36,562 nt of DNA, taken from IMG/VR virus record IMGVR_UViG_3300024310_000019, positions 1-36,562 of that record. One strand, given 5' to 3'. Under the pieces are notes generated by a model. The model was not told where the DNA came from and made no database searches. It saw nothing but the letters and a program-made list of their open reading frames with translations. This stretch comes from a virus (taxonomy: Duplodnaviria; Caudoviricetes). Position 1 is the stretch's first letter; every line of letters begins with the position of its first letter. The position numbers and the translations under genes were made by a program. Below are positions 33,516-36,562 of this stretch, one piece after another.

Positions 33516-34825
33516 TACCCCAGGTTACGTTGCCGCATTTCTTTGATCTTATCTGGTGTTAGAGTTCCTGATCCCTGTGAGTAGCTCTGCCTAGCCATGG
33601 CACAATACCTGAAGGCATCAGCACCATGCGAAGACCAATCATGCACAGGGGTATCACTATAACAATGCATCTTGTCGTTGAATTTCTTGTGGTAGCTCTC
33701 CAGACATTTGAGTAACATAACGCAACGTACCTCATCAAAGTAACAAACGTTTAGTAGCGTTCGTGCCGCTTCGATACCAATCTCTAAGTCGTCACGCTTG
33801 AGCACTGTAGTCCTTAATCCTAATTCTGCAGCAACCTGTTGCAAGGTCTTACCAGTCTGTATGCTTCCTGATCCAGCATCGTGAGGAAAGAAGTGCGTTC
33901 CATAGACATATGGCTTGTTCTGCAGCAGCTTAATATAGTGTGATAACCCTTCACCATGCGCTTCGTAGTAGTCGATAATCCTAAACTCAGTGCCAACCTG
34001 CTGGGCAAAAATGATAGAAGTGCTGTCGCCATAGCCTATGTCCCAGTAAGTATTAACCTGGGAGCGCGGTTCGTAGGGAACTTTCCCAACACGTTGGTCC
34101 TTTCGCACCTGGTCTAAGAGCCTGCCATAGTAAGAGCCCTCAACACCTCTATCGTAGCTACAATAGTACTCCTGCTGTATGATCTCTTCGCTCTTACCTT
34201 CCTTGCGCTCTTGCTCTATAGCCTCAATAGGTATTAGCTTGGTGTCGTCTATTGTTAGTCTCTGATAGAACCACTTTTCAGGATTCTCTCTAGCGACCTG
34301 GTCTAGCTCGTACTGATGATTCTTACCCCTAGGCGTTCCATTGAATACTGCCCATCCACCATTTTTTACCAAGATAGGACTTACAATGAGCGTCCAAACT
34401 GTAGGATCTTGTAAACTGTACTCGCTGAATACACAACCAACAGGATTAGTGCCAGCCACAGCATCGTAGTTATCAGTACCAATAAGTTGAAAAATCGATC
34501 CATTGATTAGCTTTATCTTCATCTGTGTTTCGTTGGGCTTGCCATCCACAAAGTTCTTAGGGAATGCCTCAATTAGTCGCTTCCCATCTTCATCGATGCC
34601 ATCCCATATCACTGCTCTCGCCTGCCTAAATGTAGGGAAGAAATAGTAGTAGGTGCCCACAGTCTTCAGCATCTCATTGACCATGAAGTTTAGCGTAGCT
34701 ACATCCTTGCCAGCTCGTCGATGCCATACTAATAGAGCGCGTTTCTTACCATCTAACATGGCTCTTTCGAATGTTTCTTGATAATCTCTAGGCTTATAAT
34801 TGATATTAACTTCGATCGTGGGCAT
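33512..34825 (-). CDS. terL: Terminase large subunit
   Basis: Walker A-like WHRRAGKD, Walker B VFSEY, GTPRG coupling motif, nuclease motifs WDIG and SHGADAFRY. Confidence 0.95.
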   Translation of the reverse strand: MPTIEVNINYKPRDYQETFERAMLDGKKRALLVWHRRAGKDVATLNFMVNEMLKTVGTYYYFFPTFRQARAVIWDGIDEDGKRLIEAFPKNFVDGKPNETQMKIKLINGSIFQLIGTDNYDAVAGTNPVGCVFSEYSLQDPTVWTLIVSPILVKNGGWAVFNGTPRGKNHQYELDQVARENPEKWFYQRLTIDDTKLIPIEAIEQERKEGKSEEIIQQEYYCSYDRGVEGSYYGRLLDQVRKDQRVGKVPYEPRSQVNTYWDIGYGDSTSIIFAQQVGTEFRIIDYYEAHGEGLSHYIKLLQNKPYVYGTHFFPHDAGSGSIQTGKTLQQVAAELGLRTTVLKRDDLEIGIEAARTLLNVCYFDEVRCVMLLKCLESYHKKFNDKMHCYSDTPVHDWSSHGADAFRYCAMARQSYSQGSGTLTPDKIKEMRQRNLGY

Positions 34826-35139
34826 TAGAATCTCACCCCATTGAAGACATATGTATTAGCACCCTCTCTGATTTCATCAGTATTCTTATCCCTTTGACCT
34901 AGCATTTGTTTGCCAAGCCAGATCTGCATAGGTATACTGCCTTGACATGCTGATTGCCATTGTAGCCTACGTAGAGAGCACATTCCTTTCATTCTACCCT
35001 TTTTTATCGCTTCCGCAAAACGTCTAGACAATGTATCTTCACTTATTCCCAACATAACAGCAATTTCTTCATTAGTAGGGCATAATTCTGCTAGATTAAC
35101 CACCATCTTTTCGTCTACTTCTGCTTTAGGTCTAGCCAT
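34825..35139 (-). CDS. terS: Terminase small subunit (HTH)
   Basis: MARPK...TNEEIAVMLGISEDTLSRR...SLRRLQW...MQIWLGKQMLGQRD; directly upstream of terL. Confidence 0.85.
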   Translation of the reverse strand: MARPKAEVDEKMVVNLAELCPTNEEIAVMLGISEDTLSRRFAEAIKKGRMKGMCSLRRLQWQSACQGSIPMQIWLGKQMLGQRDKNTDEIREGANTYVFNGVRF

Positions 35140-35505
35140 TTATTCACATCTGGTTAATATAGTGATTTTAGTGCATCTTTGAGATTGTTTCTCTTGTTCG
35201 TACACCCATTCTATTAGCTCATCACCATCTGCTCTTCCTGGAGCTAACCCTGGTATTATTAGATCAGCGATTGCATCTCTAATCCACTTAAATGCGCAGG
35301 GCAGATTGTCTGTATCTAGCGATCTTGGTGAGACTCTAGTTAGGACAATTTTGCAAGGAAGAGTTATTTCGGGCCTATCTTGCATGAAGACGGCCCTAAT
35401 AAAATTCCTTTGGATTACATGTCTTTTGTGTTTAGCTCGCCAGTGTTCAGAGGAGTTTGCCTCGCTGACGGTTTTCAACTCTAAGACTTTCTGCCAAAGG
35501 ATCAT
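35140..35505 (-). CDS. RusA-like Holliday junction resolvase
   Basis: LDTDNLPCAFKWIRDAIAD...ADGD catalytic pattern; start revised to ATG 35505. Confidence 0.75.
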   Translation of the reverse strand: MILWQKVLELKTVSEANSSEHWRAKHKRHVIQRNFIRAVFMQDRPEITLPCKIVLTRVSPRSLDTDNLPCAFKWIRDAIADLIIPGLAPGRADGDELIEWVYEQEKQSQRCTKITILTRCE

Positions 35506-35855
35506 CAGAATGGGATCTCTTCTTGTACGTTTTTGCCTAGTCCCCACGTAGGTTTATCTAGCGTAGTTTGAGCAGTTTTAGGGTATTGAACCAAATATTT
35601 ATCATAAACCTTGAAGAATTCCTCCTCAAACAGTTTTTTTACTGCTTGATCTTCGAACTCCATGAGAGGCATATGCTTTTTGACTCCATCCTTATCATAG
35701 GTTCGGTTGGGGAAGTTGATCCATCGTGCGCCATTATCTTTCTTCCATACTGTGAGCTCTTTTATTATGAAGTTTCCCCAGTTGGTGATTTTTACTGAGA
35801 CTACTGATTGTAGCACACCCTTATCGATATGCCTTGCTTCTATAATTTCTATCAT
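35505..35855 (-). CDS. SpoVG-fold ssDNA-binding protein with acidic EEIPF tail
   Basis: RWINFPNRTY...DG...PLMEF SpoVG-like pattern; SSB-type C-terminal tail. Confidence 0.7.
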   Translation of the reverse strand: MIEIIEARHIDKGVLQSVVSVKITNWGNFIIKELTVWKKDNGARWINFPNRTYDKDGVKKHMPLMEFEDQAVKKLFEEEFFKVYDKYLVQYPKTAQTTLDKPTWGLGKNVQEEIPF

Positions 35856-35856
35856 G

Positions 35857-36562
35857 TTAATACCCTGCAGGTGTTTGTGTGAATGAATCGCTTACTGGAT
35901 TGTAGTTTAGGTTTATTGTGAATTGCTTACCTAGCAATCTGTTTTTAACTACACTCAGCTGTACTTTGTTTTTCTGTGAAATATCTAGGACATCCATCCT
36001 GTGGAGTATGATTATGGCATCTGGATATTGTTTGATGGATGCGCTACCTTTTAGATCGTTTAGGGTGATGGCTCTGATTGCTCCTTGGACTTGCTTTATA
36101 TGGGCTACAAGAATTATGCCTACATTAAATTCCATAGCTATTGAGTGCAATTTTCTCATGCAATCGTCTATACTTTCCGTAACATTTTTTGCTTTTGGCG
36201 ACTGTATGTAGTCTAGGTGGTCAACGATCACGTACTCTATGCCATATGCTAGAGAGGCTATTTCTATGTCTGCTCTTAATGTGTCTATGTCTGATCCTTC
36301 ATTGCCTTGGTTGATGTGTAAGCCCTTTGGTGCTGCCCATTCTTTATATTCGTTTTTCTCTTTCTCCGTGAATGCTCTAATTTTCAGGTTCTTTTCAAGG
36401 ACTATTGAAGCTATTTTTCTATGTATAGTTTTCGGATTCATTTCATAGCTATTGATCCATACATTCTTACCTCTATTAACCAAGTTCACAGCTAGATTAA
36501 CGCACCATGTAGTTTTGCCACAACCTGTTTCAGCCGTAACGACAATTACCTCACCTTTTCTT
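35857..36562 (-). CDS. SF4 replicative helicase (DnaB/T7 gp4/Twinkle-like), 5'-truncated
   Basis: Frame is open to the edge with Walker A GEVIVVTAETGCGKTT; SYEM, IVDHL, LVAH, DLKGSASIKQ, VVKNR. Confidence 0.92.
   Translation of the reverse strand, partial: RKGEVIVVTAETGCGKTTWCVNLAVNLVNRGKNVWINSYEMNPKTIHRKIASIVLEKNLKIRAFTEKEKNEYKEWAAPKGLHINQGNEGSDIDTLRADIEIASLAYGIEYVIVDHLDYIQSPKAKNVTESIDDCMRKLHSIAMEFNVGIILVAHIKQVQGAIRAITLNDLKGSASIKQYPDAIIILHRMDVLDISQKNKVQLSVVKNRLLGKQFTINLNYNPVSDSFTQTPAGY

Larger units (their letters stand above)
1..36562. mobile_element. Near-complete tailed dsDNA bacteriophage genome (podovirus-like virion module), opened within the replication module
   Basis: TerS, TerL, portal, scaffold, capsid, tail, ejection, fibre, recombination and replication genes are present; no host housekeeping genes; both ends lie inside minus-strand replication genes. 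Confidence 0.95.

Noticed and set aside
1-36562. Stop-codon reassignment or tRNA genes
   Set aside because: Long genes are intact in code 11 and end in TAA, TAG and TGA; no tRNA cloverleaf recognised

Overview
The window is most of a ~37+ kb tailed dsDNA phage genome with a podovirus-like (P22-type) virion module, opened inside its replication module. A lambda O-like initiator carrying iterons runs off the left end and a T7 gp4/Twinkle-like helicase runs off the right end, both on the minus strand. A short plus-strand early operon encodes an exonuclease and a Bet recombinase. The minus strand carries an SSB-like protein, RusA, TerS/TerL, portal, a ~4 kb accessory island, scaffold, N4-gp56-type capsid, tail and ejection proteins, and a large fibre/adhesin array. 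No integrase, CI-type repressor or endolysin is recognisable. Highlights: (1) a 28-bp XerC/XerD dif-like site at 28774-28801, suggesting host-Xer-mediated integration or dimer resolution; (2) six compact promoter-hairpin-terminator cassettes, each antisense to its local operon, predicting ~70-95 nt RNAs, three of them upstream of the replication genes; (3) indirect hints of an environmental Chlamydiota host, including two paralogous membrane proteins reminiscent of Inc effectors; (4) a 38-His protein heading the head operon. All family assignments come from motif recognition by eye; no searches were run.
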